From Bdellovibrionales bacterium (lineage in GTDB: Bacteria; Bdellovibrionota; Bdellovibrionia; Bdellovibrionales; JAGQZY01): DNA of 64,000 bases. A program made the position numbers and the translations under genes. The notes under the pieces are model-generated. The model made no database searches. It was not told the origin of the DNA and worked only from the letters and a program-made list of their open reading frames with translations. Positions 11,717 to 21,259 of the stretch are shown here, in pieces (position 1 is the first letter of the stretch; the number at the start of each line of letters is the position of its first letter). The DNA lies in NCBI GenBank assembly GCA_964230645.1, contig CAXRHT010000002.1, forward strand, positions 416,001 to 480,000, read 5' to 3'.

Positions 11717-13459
11717 ATGTTAATGACTGTGGGTAAAAAGTTAGTTTGGGTCTTCTCTTTTTTAGTCGTTTTTATTGGCTTTCAGAACTGTGGACAGTTT
11801 CAGTCCACCGGCTCTTTAGGGCTTAATTCTTTTTCGCCCTCTGTTCAGGGACGAAAATTTCAATGTGAGACCCCTACAACACGAGGCCTCAGTGACGGAC
11901 GCCTTCGTCGCCTCACTCGAATTGAAATTCAAAATTCATTGCAACAAATTTTTGGATCCCAGCTTACTGAAAAGATCTCCTCACAAATCAATCTTTATCC
12001 TGAAGAAGTTTTTCTCACAGAGGTGAGTGAATTTGAAAAATCTCACCAAAAAACCCATATGCAAGGGCTTCTCGCTATTGCTCAGGCTGTGGGAGAAGAA
12101 GTTGTTAATAGTAAATCCGACTTTCTTCCCGCTTGCCTTCTCGACAATTCCCAAGAAAATATCGATCTAACCAATCAATCTTGTGTCGATGACTTTGTAT
12201 CGAAACTGGCTCTACAAATCTTCCGCCGTCCTGCCATTACAGAAGAAAAGGAGGCTCTGTATAAAATCATTGAGGATGACTCCACAGAACTTTCAACGCC
12301 GGAGAATAAAATAAAAGTGCTTATTTCTTCACTACTACTCAATCCTCAGTTCTCCTTTCACCTTTCAAAAACCACAAATTTTACCCAGGGCCAAAGAGTC
12401 CAAGTGGATTCTTACACGCTAGCCTCGCGATTGAGCTTTAGAGTGATCGGAGCCAGTCCGGATCAAGAACTTTTAGATTTGGCTGCAAGTGGTGCCATCT
12501 TAAATCCTGAGGTGATGAGAGAGCAGGCTCGTCGCCTTTTGAATACCCCAATGGGCCGAAGATATGTGCGCCATCTTTTCTCTCATTGGTTGAAAGTAGG
12601 ACAGGAGTCAGCGATCAATACCACCTATGCCGCCCATATCGATGTGGACCCTAGTGATTTAAAAAGAGCCATGCAAGAAGAAGCTCTTGATTTTGCTGAA
12701 CACATTGTCTTTGAAAAAGAGGGAAATTTCTTTGATCTTCTTAATAGTGATTTGGCCTTCCCCCAGACCACGGATTTGGCCAAAGTCATGGACACTGAAA
12801 TCTCTTCTGGCGTGAGTGACCCGAAGATCGCTCAAGATGGCAGAAGGGGCCTATTTATGCGTCCCCTTCTGATGATTTCGCCGGAAACTAGAACCTCTGT
12901 TATTCACCGGGGCTATGTTTTCAATAAACAGTTTCTTTGTCGTCAAATTCCAAGTCCTAGTAACGCCGCTTTAGAAGAAGGCCAACAGCGTCTTGAGGAA
13001 ATAGACCCTCTTCAGATGACTGCGCGTGAAGAAGCGGCGCATGTGACTTCAGCGAGCTCCTGTATGGGTTGTCATAGTATGATTAACCCACCTGGATTTG
13101 TGATGGAGCAGTTCGGCCCTGTGGGAGATCTCAGAGAGCAAGAGGATATTTTTGATGCGAACGGAAACTTCCTGCGCTCTTTACCTATCAATATAAGTGT
13201 GGATGGCTTTCCCATTGATAAGCAGACAAGAAGTGTGAGCTCTTTGAACGAGTTTAATGAAATGATGTCTTTTTCAATGGACTCTCAAGCCTGTTTTGGT
13301 CAGAAACTCTTTCGTTTCTCACGTCTACAAATGGAAAATGATGCGGATAACTGTCACCTCTCCGAGGTGGAAGGACGAATCAACCGAGGCGATAGCCTTC
13401 TTGAGGTTTTAATTCAGAATGCCGTTAGCGAGGATATTTTATGGCAAGAAAAAATTTAA
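11717..13459 (+). CDS. DUF1592/DUF1588/DUF1595-domain lipoprotein with a c-type heme motif
   Basis: FQNC signal, LRRLTRxE, FRRP, LASRLSF, TSVIHRG, CMGCH (CxxCH) and INPPGF. Confidence 0.85.
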   Translation: MLMTVGKKLVWVFSFLVVFIGFQNCGQFQSTGSLGLNSFSPSVQGRKFQCETPTTRGLSDGRLRRLTRIEIQNSLQQIFGSQLTEKISSQINLYPEEVFLTEVSEFEKSHQKTHMQGLLAIAQAVGEEVVNSKSDFLPACLLDNSQENIDLTNQSCVDDFVSKLALQIFRRPAITEEKEALYKIIEDDSTELSTPENKIKVLISSLLLNPQFSFHLSKTTNFTQGQRVQVDSYTLASRLSFRVIGASPDQELLDLAASGAILNPEVMREQARRLLNTPMGRRYVRHLFSHWLKVGQESAINTTYAAHIDVDPSDLKRAMQEEALDFAEHIVFEKEGNFFDLLNSDLAFPQTTDLAKVMDTEISSGVSDPKIAQDGRRGLFMRPLLMISPETRTSVIHRGYVFNKQFLCRQIPSPSNAALEEGQQRLEEIDPLQMTAREEAAHVTSASSCMGCHSMINPPGFVMEQFGPVGDLREQEDIFDANGNFLRSLPINISVDGFPIDKQTRSVSSLNEFNEMMSFSMDSQACFGQKLFRFSRLQMENDADNCHLSEVEGRINRGDSLLEVLIQNAVSEDILWQEKI

Positions 13460-14964
13460 AACAGCATAGAAGACTTCCTCTCACTTACAATTCTTTGACG
13501 CGAAGGATGTTTTTGGGACGACTAGGAGGTTTAGCTTTATCCATTCCCCTTCTTCCCTCACTGATTCCCCAGGTGGCTCGAGCGGCCGTTCCCGGTGATT
13601 TTAGGCGAGCCGTTTTTTTGGCCAACCGACACGGTGGTCTTTCGCTAGACTTTGATGCCAAGAATGTGAATTACCAAAATATCGCCGCCAATATTCGCGC
13701 GGGCTCTTTAGCTAACGCCGAACTCGGTGAGGTCTTTCCAAGTGAGTACAATGCTTTGAAGTCGAAAATGACCCTGTTGCGAGGACTTGATTTATCAGAT
13801 GCCTGGGGCCATGTATGGGCCACTGCTTTAGCCGGTACAGGCCAAGGGGACCGCAATAGTGAGACCTCAGAGCTGCGTTCAAGGATTCCCGATTCTATTG
13901 ACACTCTCTTAAGTAAATCCAATAAGGTCTATCCCAATTCCTCGCCGTTAAGAATTCTTCGCTTGGGACCTTATAGTGACAACACTCACAGCTTTGAAAA
14001 TCATCGTATTCAAAAAGGAATCACTGACACAAAAACTCTTTTTGATCTCGTTTCAAACAATATCGTAGTTCCCGATGAAGAACAGGGTCCCTCAGCTCAA
14101 GAGTTGTCCCAATTGAGAAAAAAGAAAATTGTCGACTATGCCCTTTCCTCGATCAATCAGGTTAGAAAAAGTCGCGACATTTCCGCTGAAGACAAACCCC
14201 TACTTGATAATTACGCCGATCTTCTCTCCCAACTTCAGGGCACCGGAGGGGCCGGCAATTCCCCTCAAACCAACGGCTACTCCTGTGAGGATTTTTCCTA
14301 TGAGCGTGAAGCGGCCGGAGACGCTGCCAAAGCCCGTAAGATGTGCGATATTTTAGTGGCTGCCATGGCCTGCGGAGTTTGTAAGATCGGAACAATGAGC
14401 TTACCCGCAGAACACTACTACGTTCACCGAGTCAGTGACACTACCAACCGAAAGCTTCATGCCGACTATTTAAAAGCCAATGTTTTCCCAACGGGAGCCT
14501 ATCTTATGTCCCTAATGGACGCTCTGCCTGAGAGCAATGGCAACTCAATGCTTGAAAATTCCTGTGTGATGTTCACTAGCGACTTAGCTTCCAGCAAATT
14601 TGATAACCATCACGGCTGTAACTTTCCTGTTTTTATAGGCGGAGGGCTCAATGGAAAGCTTCGTATGGGGCAATCCATCGATTATCAAAATTACAATCAT
14701 CAACTCGCGGAGTTTCGCCGTTACGAGGGAGGCCACTACGGCGGTCGCCCCTATAACGAACTCTTAGTAACCATCTTAAAGTCCTTTGGCCTGCAAGCTT
14801 CTGAATATTCTCAAGGAGGACAGGGAGGTTTTGGAGTTTACGACTATCGCAACCCGAGAGGAAACGATACCACTGCCAACCGCCTGGCTGATTATTTCAA
14901 AGAGGTTTATCTCCCCAATCAACCGAATCGGGACCAAACTCTACCCTATTTTTATAGAGGTTAG
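13441..14964 (+). CDS. DUF1552-domain protein, probable Tat substrate
   Basis: TRRMFLG twin-arginine followed by LSIPLLPSL, AMACG, and MLENSCVMFTSD...HH...P motifs. Canonical partner of the upstream gene. Confidence 0.85.
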   Translation: MARKNLKQHRRLPLTYNSLTRRMFLGRLGGLALSIPLLPSLIPQVARAAVPGDFRRAVFLANRHGGLSLDFDAKNVNYQNIAANIRAGSLANAELGEVFPSEYNALKSKMTLLRGLDLSDAWGHVWATALAGTGQGDRNSETSELRSRIPDSIDTLLSKSNKVYPNSSPLRILRLGPYSDNTHSFENHRIQKGITDTKTLFDLVSNNIVVPDEEQGPSAQELSQLRKKKIVDYALSSINQVRKSRDISAEDKPLLDNYADLLSQLQGTGGAGNSPQTNGYSCEDFSYEREAAGDAAKARKMCDILVAAMACGVCKIGTMSLPAEHYYVHRVSDTTNRKLHADYLKANVFPTGAYLMSLMDALPESNGNSMLENSCVMFTSDLASSKFDNHHGCNFPVFIGGGLNGKLRMGQSIDYQNYNHQLAEFRRYEGGHYGGRPYNELLVTILKSFGLQASEYSQGGQGGFGVYDYRNPRGNDTTANRLADYFKEVYLPNQPNRDQTLPYFYRG

Positions 14965-15072
14965 ATTTTTGAATTATATCGATTGATATGTAATCTTTCC
15001 TATTTTTTTCATATCCGTTGCGATCGTGAAAGCCCCTTGTTAACTCTTTAAAAAAGGGACAAGGGGCATTTA

Positions 15073-16044
15073 ATGACTAAACTTTTTTTTAAAATTTTCT
15101 TTTTAATCTCATTCTCACTGCCAGCCATGGCCATGGACGAGTGCTACGGCAAAGATGAAAATGGTGAAGATCTTTGGGTTATGGGGTCCCGTGTGGGTTT
15201 TGGCCCCGGTGATGACAATTTGGTGAGACTCAATAACGGTGAGCTTGTTGTCCCCTGTGGCTTGAGAAGTGAAAATTCCCAAAACCTCGATCCAAAATGG
15301 CAGAAAACCTATCTTTCTCGCTTTGACTCTGAATTTGTAAGCCTTGTTGATCAGAAAATTAAAGTCGAAAGTGCTTCGGAGAATATTTACCAATGCCTCC
15401 AAGGGGAAAATACTAGGTTCTCCTTTGGGCAGAGAAGAGAGCAGCACTCCGACCAGATTCAGCAAAAGTGTGCCAGACGGAGCCTACAAAAGCTTTTACA
15501 AATCGTATTGCAAGTATCCTACGATGTGTACGGAGTGGAAATTAAGAATATGGTGATTGGTGAGACCCAATATGAAAACCTAAATTCTCAAAACCTTCCT
15601 GGAGCTTTGGTAAACGATCTGGAAGAAGAGGATAAGCGCCTTGCTTTTTTTAGTACGCTACGAGTGAGCTTTGAAAAGGTGGTCGATTTTGTGAATTACG
15701 AAGGAAACGTTCATATAGGAAGCCGCAATTACAAAGTGCGTGTGTCCCCCTTTATCGAAGCCCCCCAAGTAGAAGCCGATATTTGGTCCCTGGATTTAAA
15801 AGACGCTTCCGTGGAGTTTGGACTCGTCTCTGAGGTACTTTCAAAAAGCGGCCAAAAAGAAATGGAAATGGTTCTAAAGGTTCAACCCCACCTCAATGGG
15901 GATTACTCAATGGGGCTTGCCGCCACAAAAATTTGCCGCGTGTTTGATGCTGTTAGTTTTCGCTGTCAGCTGGATTTAGATTTTGAGCAAGTGGACGGAG
16001 ACTATGGCTTCGCTGTTTTCTTCCGCGGCTACCTCCCTTTTTAG
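15073..16044 (+). CDS. Secreted hypothetical protein, possible C-terminal beta-strand region
   Basis: Signal peptide ending AMA. Alternating-hydrophobic C-terminal strands ending in F. Confidence 0.65.
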   Translation: MTKLFFKIFFLISFSLPAMAMDECYGKDENGEDLWVMGSRVGFGPGDDNLVRLNNGELVVPCGLRSENSQNLDPKWQKTYLSRFDSEFVSLVDQKIKVESASENIYQCLQGENTRFSFGQRREQHSDQIQQKCARRSLQKLLQIVLQVSYDVYGVEIKNMVIGETQYENLNSQNLPGALVNDLEEEDKRLAFFSTLRVSFEKVVDFVNYEGNVHIGSRNYKVRVSPFIEAPQVEADIWSLDLKDASVEFGLVSEVLSKSGQKEMEMVLKVQPHLNGDYSMGLAATKICRVFDAVSFRCQLDLDFEQVDGDYGFAVFFRGYLPF

Positions 16045-16091
16045 GGCCTCCTGGATTCAATCTCCGTTGTTGTCCAGAAGCCTCCATTGCA

Positions 16092-16258
16092 TCCACTGTC
16101 ATCCTGAGCGTCCACTGCCATCCTGAGCGTCCACTGCCATCCTGAGCGTCCACTGTCATCCTGAGCGTCCACTGTCATCCTGAGCGTCCACTGTCATCCT
16201 GAGCGTCCACTGTCATCCTGAGCGTCCACTGTCATCCTGAGGCGAAGCCGAAGGATCT
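16092..16258 (+). repeat. 19-bp tandem array ending in a REP hairpin (REP locus 1)
   Basis: Seven full units of TCCACTGYCATCCTGAGCG (16092-16224). The eighth unit runs into TGTCATCCTGAGGCGAAGCCGAAGGATCT. Confidence 0.95.
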
Positions 16259-16429
16259 ACAGAAGCTCGCTCAAAACTTCTCCTCCCCAACTCTGAACAA
16301 TAGAACAATTGATTGTTAGCAATTTTCGTCACTTAATTAAATTTATTGTCTGTTTAGGCCCCTAAATCCTCTATTTTCGATTTCAGCGGTATAAATCTTG
16401 CTCTTTAATAGGCCATTAAGGAGACTAAA

Positions 16430-16969
16430 ATGAAAACACTAAGATTTTTTATCTTAATCGCTTTGTCTGGAATCATTGTTTCCGCTTGTGGAAGCGATGA
16501 CAACAATGCTGCCGCCCCGGCAGCGAACCCAACACCCAACAATTCCAGAGACTTCTATATATCAGATAACGATTGCTACCGCGCCAGTAACAATCAACGA
16601 GTGAGCAATAACAACTGCTCTGGCTATGAATACGCCATTCGTGGAGGTCAATGTTATAGAGGTAGCGAAAGGTCGAACCTCAATAACTGTACCCGTAACA
16701 CTTACTATATGAGTGATAACGGCTGTTATGACCGGTCAGGAAACACGGTCGCCGAAAACCGTTGCGGAAGTTATGACGACGATCATTACGATGACGAGTA
16801 TGACTATGACAATGGAAGTGGAAGCAACGCCTGCCGCGGACCCCACCTCTTCTTTGACGATGACGGTGAGATCTACGAGGTCAACTGTGACGGCCGTGAG
16901 CGTACCGGAAACTGTAGCGAGTACTACCTATTTGATATTGATGATCAAAGCTGGGTTCACTGCGGTTAA
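16430..16969 (+). CDS. Cys-rich repeat lipoprotein
   Basis: Lipobox VSAC, AAGGAG RBS, three Y-x5/6-CY...C repeats, an acidic linker and a C-terminal 4-Cys module. Confidence 0.85.
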   Translation: MKTLRFFILIALSGIIVSACGSDDNNAAAPAANPTPNNSRDFYISDNDCYRASNNQRVSNNNCSGYEYAIRGGQCYRGSERSNLNNCTRNTYYMSDNGCYDRSGNTVAENRCGSYDDDHYDDEYDYDNGSGSNACRGPHLFFDDDGEIYEVNCDGRERTGNCSEYYLFDIDDQSWVHCG

Positions 16970-17799
16970 TTCTTTTTCTTATCTTCCGTACTAACAGAGC
17001 GAGCCCCAGCTGGTGGTTCGCTCGTACGAGGATTTCTTTCATTGCGAGCCACAGCTTCATTGATCAAAGCCGCTTGTTGCTGACAACTCGCTCCTCTTTG
17101 TAAAAAGCGAGGATGAATGATCACGCGATCCCCTCGTTGATTAAAGATGCGAGCAATCCCCCCTCTTCTTCTCTCAATAAAAACTTGCCCATTGGCACAA
17201 ACATAACGATCCTCATCAGGGTCGCGGCTATCCACAACTTCGTGATCCACATAGGGGCCACGGTCATTGTTTCTTCTTGCACGTCTTCTTTGCCACCAAC
17301 CGCGAAGGAGCCAGCCACCCACTCCCCCTAAAATAAGTGGAATCCAAGGAATGGCGTGAGCTTTGTCAAAAAATAAAGAATCGAGGCTTGCGGTGTCTCC
17401 TGAGCAATTGAGCTTCTTACAAACACCTTCAATAAATGTGGGAATGGAATTGTAGTCCTTAAAATTAAAGCGCACTTTATTGATAACGACATAGTCGTCT
17501 TCAACGACAAGAGAGCTTCTTTGGTAGGAGATCTTGTTGCCTTTGACCACGAAATCAGGAAAAACACTGCTTTCCGGTAAACCTTTTTTAGCAAACAGCT
17601 TTTTTAATTGGGCCATCTCTTCTTTGGAGGTGTATTTTGCGCCCCAACTAAGAAAACCATTCAAAGTCTCAGTTTGCTTGAGCAGATTGGCCGCCGCAAT
17701 GGCTCGGTATTCATTGATGGGCTTTAGCTTATCGATTGTTTTCGTCCACCCCACTTGGGAGATAAAAAGACTGACTGTAAAAATAAGCAAAGATTTCAT
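16966..17799 (-). CDS. Secreted/membrane hypothetical protein with an internal Gly-rich TM segment
   Basis: GGAGG RBS before MKSLLIF (17799), signal peptide and an internal AHA-IPWIPLILGGVGGWLL segment. Confidence 0.7.
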   Translation of the reverse strand: MKSLLIFTVSLFISQVGWTKTIDKLKPINEYRAIAAANLLKQTETLNGFLSWGAKYTSKEEMAQLKKLFAKKGLPESSVFPDFVVKGNKISYQRSSLVVEDDYVVINKVRFNFKDYNSIPTFIEGVCKKLNCSGDTASLDSLFFDKAHAIPWIPLILGGVGGWLLRGWWQRRRARRNNDRGPYVDHEVVDSRDPDEDRYVCANGQVFIERRRGGIARIFNQRGDRVIIHPRFLQRGASCQQQAALINEAVARNERNPRTSEPPAGARSVSTEDKKKN

Positions 17800-17985
17800 G
17801 GATATCCTCCTAATCGACTCTAAAAGCCTCTCTAGAGACAATGATAGGAAGAATTAAAAGCTTTCACAAGAAAGCATAGAGTCCATCGTCCAGGAACTGG
17901 ACGTAAAGAAGGATCGTACTATTTTAAATAAGACCTATTAAGGCCTTTATAGAGGTCAAAGGTCGGGCTCAGACTCTCAAAAAAT

Positions 17986-18573
17986 TTACGAATAAAAAGG
18001 ATTGTCACCCTGATCGTGGTTGGTCACATCCACCACTTCTTTGATACTGGGAACAATTTGCTTGATAGCCCCCTCAATCCCCTCTTTCATCGTCTGGTAG
18101 GACATAGCACAGCCTTGGCAACCTCCACCCATTTCGAGGAAGACTTTATCCTCCTCAACAGAGTGAAGGACGACAAAACCACCGTGAGCGGAAAGCGCCG
18201 GATTGATCTGCTCTTCGATCAGTAAGGCAATCTGCTTGGCTTCAGGGCTATCGAGTTTCCCAGTATTTTGTGAGCCACTGGCCTCTGGGTTTTCTTCCAC
18301 ATCACCTTGTTGGGACTGGAAGTGCTCTCCAATAAGACCTTTAAGAGGCTCTTCTAAAACTTCCCACTCCACCCAGTCTTGTTTTAACACCTCGACAAAG
18401 TTATTTCCCACCGTGACTTTTTCCGTCCAAGGAAAACCGAAAATTTTGGAAGCAATCGGGGACTGCAAAGCTTCAGTGGAGTCTGTGTAGGTCTTCTCCC
18501 TTTGGCTGATTGTTTTCTCAACGAGGAAACGGCGCGCTTCGGGATTGTCTGTGGTTTGAGCTGAAATTGTCAT
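17986..18573 (-). CDS. nfuA: NifU/NfuA-type Fe-S cluster carrier
   Basis: N-terminal Nfu-like domain (TTDNPEARRF) and C-terminal INPALSAHGG...GGCQGC. Confidence 0.88.
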   Translation of the reverse strand: MTISAQTTDNPEARRFLVEKTISQREKTYTDSTEALQSPIASKIFGFPWTEKVTVGNNFVEVLKQDWVEWEVLEEPLKGLIGEHFQSQQGDVEENPEASGSQNTGKLDSPEAKQIALLIEEQINPALSAHGGFVVLHSVEEDKVFLEMGGGCQGCAMSYQTMKEGIEGAIKQIVPSIKEVVDVTNHDQGDNPFYS

Positions 18574-18634
18574 AAATACCTCTTAAAAGCTCTTTTAACA
18601 CAAAGCCTGAGACAAAGTAAAATCCCTAACCTGT

Positions 18635-19516
18635 TTAGGTCCACTGAGGATAAAAAAGACAAAACATAGCCGCAAAAAAAGAAGCCAAAGCCATCCACAG
18701 GTAGCGCGAAGGCCATAGTTTTAGCCATAAACACTCACAAAAGGTGGACATGACAGGATCGGTGAGCACAATGGAGGTCACCGTGGCCAGTTTTCCATGT
18801 TTTAGAGCCTGCAAGTAAAGAACCAGAGAAAGAAAGGTTCCACTAAAGCTTGCAAGGACTGCAATCCCTCTTTCTTTAAGAGTTAGGCGAGCCAAACCTT
18901 TAAAAAAATTCACTGGGATAAAGGGATAATAAACAACAAAAGATAAAACGGCCGCAAGTGTTCGAATGTACTGGGCATCAAAACCGTTAAGTTCAGGATT
19001 TAAATTAAAACCATGGCGAGTGAGGATGATGCCAAAGCTATCAAGAACCACTCCTCCAAAAGCTAATAAAAGACCATCCACTTCCCAATTCCCTCTGGTT
19101 TTAAAACGCTCGTAACTGAAGAGAAAAAGGCAAATGACAAAAAAGAGGATCGCTAAAAACTGCAGGGGAAAAAGTTCCTCCTCCCAAACGAAATAGGAAA
19201 AACTACCGACAATAAAGGGTTGAAAGCCATAGACGATAAGAGTTCTCGCTGGCCCCATGGTTTTGTAGGCCCCCAGGATCATCCAATCCGCGACATTGAG
19301 CCCAATCACCCCGCTCACCAGGAAAGGCCAATGTTCAATGCTCACACTCAAATCACCACGCATATAAAAAATGATGGGAACACTGAAAATTAGAGAAATC
19401 ACAGCCTTAAAAAGGTTCATCCAAAGAGCTGAGACTTTTTGGGAGAAATAGGTAAACCCAATGGCCGCGGTGGAAAAGGTCAGAACAGAGGAGAGGGCAA
19501 GAATATAGGCGGTCAT
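18635..19516 (-). CDS. DMT/EamA-family transporter
   Basis: 293 aa, about 10 TM helices, two-repeat EamA pattern. Confidence 0.85.
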   Translation of the reverse strand: MTAYILALSSVLTFSTAAIGFTYFSQKVSALWMNLFKAVISLIFSVPIIFYMRGDLSVSIEHWPFLVSGVIGLNVADWMILGAYKTMGPARTLIVYGFQPFIVGSFSYFVWEEELFPLQFLAILFFVICLFLFSYERFKTRGNWEVDGLLLAFGGVVLDSFGIILTRHGFNLNPELNGFDAQYIRTLAAVLSFVVYYPFIPVNFFKGLARLTLKERGIAVLASFSGTFLSLVLYLQALKHGKLATVTSIVLTDPVMSTFCECLWLKLWPSRYLWMALASFFAAMFCLFYPQWT

Positions 19517-19728
19517 GGCAATTACACTTAAGTTAGGAAAAGGGCTTACTAAGAGTAGGCCCTACCTCCAATCTCCCCAATTAGCAAATAGGATCAATAA
19601 GACTCATTTTTTAGCCCCCTCCGATCGTCACGTATAAGTTTTACAATGGTTGTGACGTAAAAACCTCACGGAATGGCTCTCTTAATTGCTGGCGCTTGTT
19701 AAGCTCTTGTCAGAGTTGTTTGAGAATT

Positions 19729-19745
19729 TTGACTTACATAGTCAA
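19729..19745. promoter_or_regulatory. Perfect palindrome TTGACT-N5-AGTCAA upstream of the 19781-25830 operon
   Basis: ttgactTACATagtcaa ends 36 bp before the ATG. The left arm resembles a -35 box. Confidence 0.5.
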
Positions 19746-19780
19746 CTGTAGGATAAGAGCCGGGCTGGAGGCTAATCCCT

Positions 19781-21247
19781 ATGAAACCCTATTTACTTGC
19801 GACTGCCCTATTTTTTCAACTCTGCCATCCCCTCTTTGCCGAAGAAAAAGCACCGGAACTCACCAACGTTCCTGTGAGTAACGTGCTCGATCAGTCTGCC
19901 GTCCAAACCGAAGAGGATAAACTGGTCACAGAACTTTTTAGCTACGAAGATTTTCTCTACACAGGCTCAAGAAAAACGGAGCTTGGTGATCAGGTGAGAC
20001 TGGTTTCTCGTTTCCGTTATCAATTAACCGAAGAGGCTTGGACCTCTCTAGGATTTAGCACAAATCCTGATAGCGACCGCTTTGATAACAAAACTTCTGA
20101 TTTTGAATTTCGTACCGGTTATGTTTACGGAAACTTGGTGGGTCAGGCTGACTTTAGTTTCAACACCAATGATCCCGACGGGGGCATCTCTTTTGGTTTT
20201 GACCTTGATTCTGAGAATACTTTTTTACGTTATAAATTAGGCCAGTCGAATTACCAACTCACCTTCTTCCCCTTTAACTTCGATGGGGCTGTGGGTGTGA
20301 TCTATGACACGAGTGACGTGACCCGAATTTACTACATTCAGGGTACTCCTACAGCCCTTCCAATTGACCCCACAGCGAGTGCTACCAACCCCTTGCAAGT
20401 GGCTCAAAAGACAATTCCCGGTTTTGTTTTACGTTATAACAACGTGAAGACTAGAGACAATGTGGACAGTTTTTATTTTGGAATTGGTGCGGCTAGTTAC
20501 GAGTACCCCAACCAACCGGGTTTTAATATTCTTCAAACAAGCACGAGCCAGGATTGGTCGAGAAAAGAAGCCTTGGGGTATAAGTTTGGTGGTTTATTAA
20601 GAAGACCTTACAGCTTTAACTCACTTCAATTTGTCAGCCAAACCAACAGTAATGAAACCGGAACACTGCTTGAATCAGCGGCTTCGTTTTATTCTCTCAC
20701 TCGTTTTTCTCCCATCATGATGGAGCTTGAAATCACAGCCTCTGAAGGGGGCGAGAATCCTTGGCGGATTGATCGCAATGGCAACTTCGGCGACCCTGAT
20801 TTGTTCACCTCGACTTTAGCAACCAATCGAGTTTACGCCGATCGCGCTGGCAACCTTCAGGATTGGACCGGTCAGTGGGGCTTTGCACAAAGTCTTAAGG
20901 TGGGCTTAGCTGGTCAGAGTTACCGACCTTATCTTTCCTACCGTTACCTCGATGAAAACTTTGTTTATCAATCGCGAATTTCTGCACATAACTTGAGAAC
21001 CAATGACTTAAGTCAGTCCCACGGGGGGCTTAATGCCATTGGCGTGGGGGCTTTTATGTACAGCGGAAATTTTATTATCAACCCACGTTTTGAATACCTT
21101 AAAGCCTCCAATGATGTGTTCACTAAGGCCTCTGAGATTTCGCAATTCCCTCAGAGCCAAACGAGAACAGACAATGACTTTAGTTTCTTTATCAACGTCT
21201 CCTACTTTTTTGACGTTCGGACGGGACCAAGAACTTTCAGGCTTTAA
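19781..21247 (+). CDS. Putative outer-membrane beta-barrel (porin-like) protein
   Basis: Signal peptide, aromatic-rich amphipathic strands throughout and a terminal strand FSFFINVSYFF. Confidence 0.65.
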   Translation: MKPYLLATALFFQLCHPLFAEEKAPELTNVPVSNVLDQSAVQTEEDKLVTELFSYEDFLYTGSRKTELGDQVRLVSRFRYQLTEEAWTSLGFSTNPDSDRFDNKTSDFEFRTGYVYGNLVGQADFSFNTNDPDGGISFGFDLDSENTFLRYKLGQSNYQLTFFPFNFDGAVGVIYDTSDVTRIYYIQGTPTALPIDPTASATNPLQVAQKTIPGFVLRYNNVKTRDNVDSFYFGIGAASYEYPNQPGFNILQTSTSQDWSRKEALGYKFGGLLRRPYSFNSLQFVSQTNSNETGTLLESAASFYSLTRFSPIMMELEITASEGGENPWRIDRNGNFGDPDLFTSTLATNRVYADRAGNLQDWTGQWGFAQSLKVGLAGQSYRPYLSYRYLDENFVYQSRISAHNLRTNDLSQSHGGLNAIGVGAFMYSGNFIINPRFEYLKASNDVFTKASEISQFPQSQTRTDNDFSFFINVSYFFDVRTGPRTFRL

Positions 21248-21259
21248 GGAGCATTTATT

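Noticed and set aside
15953..16159. 68-aa minus-strand ORF
   Set aside because: It is a translation of the tandem repeat and overlaps a real gene antisense.
16092..16258. CRISPR array
   Set aside because: Units are 19-bp near-identical tandem copies with no unique spacers. No cas genes are present, and the array ends in a REP hairpin.
19651..19705. CRP-like site and sigma-54 promoter upstream of the nuclease operon
   Set aside because: TGTGA...TCACG has a 10-nt spacer rather than 6, and the GG-N10-GC candidate lacks the TTGC element.
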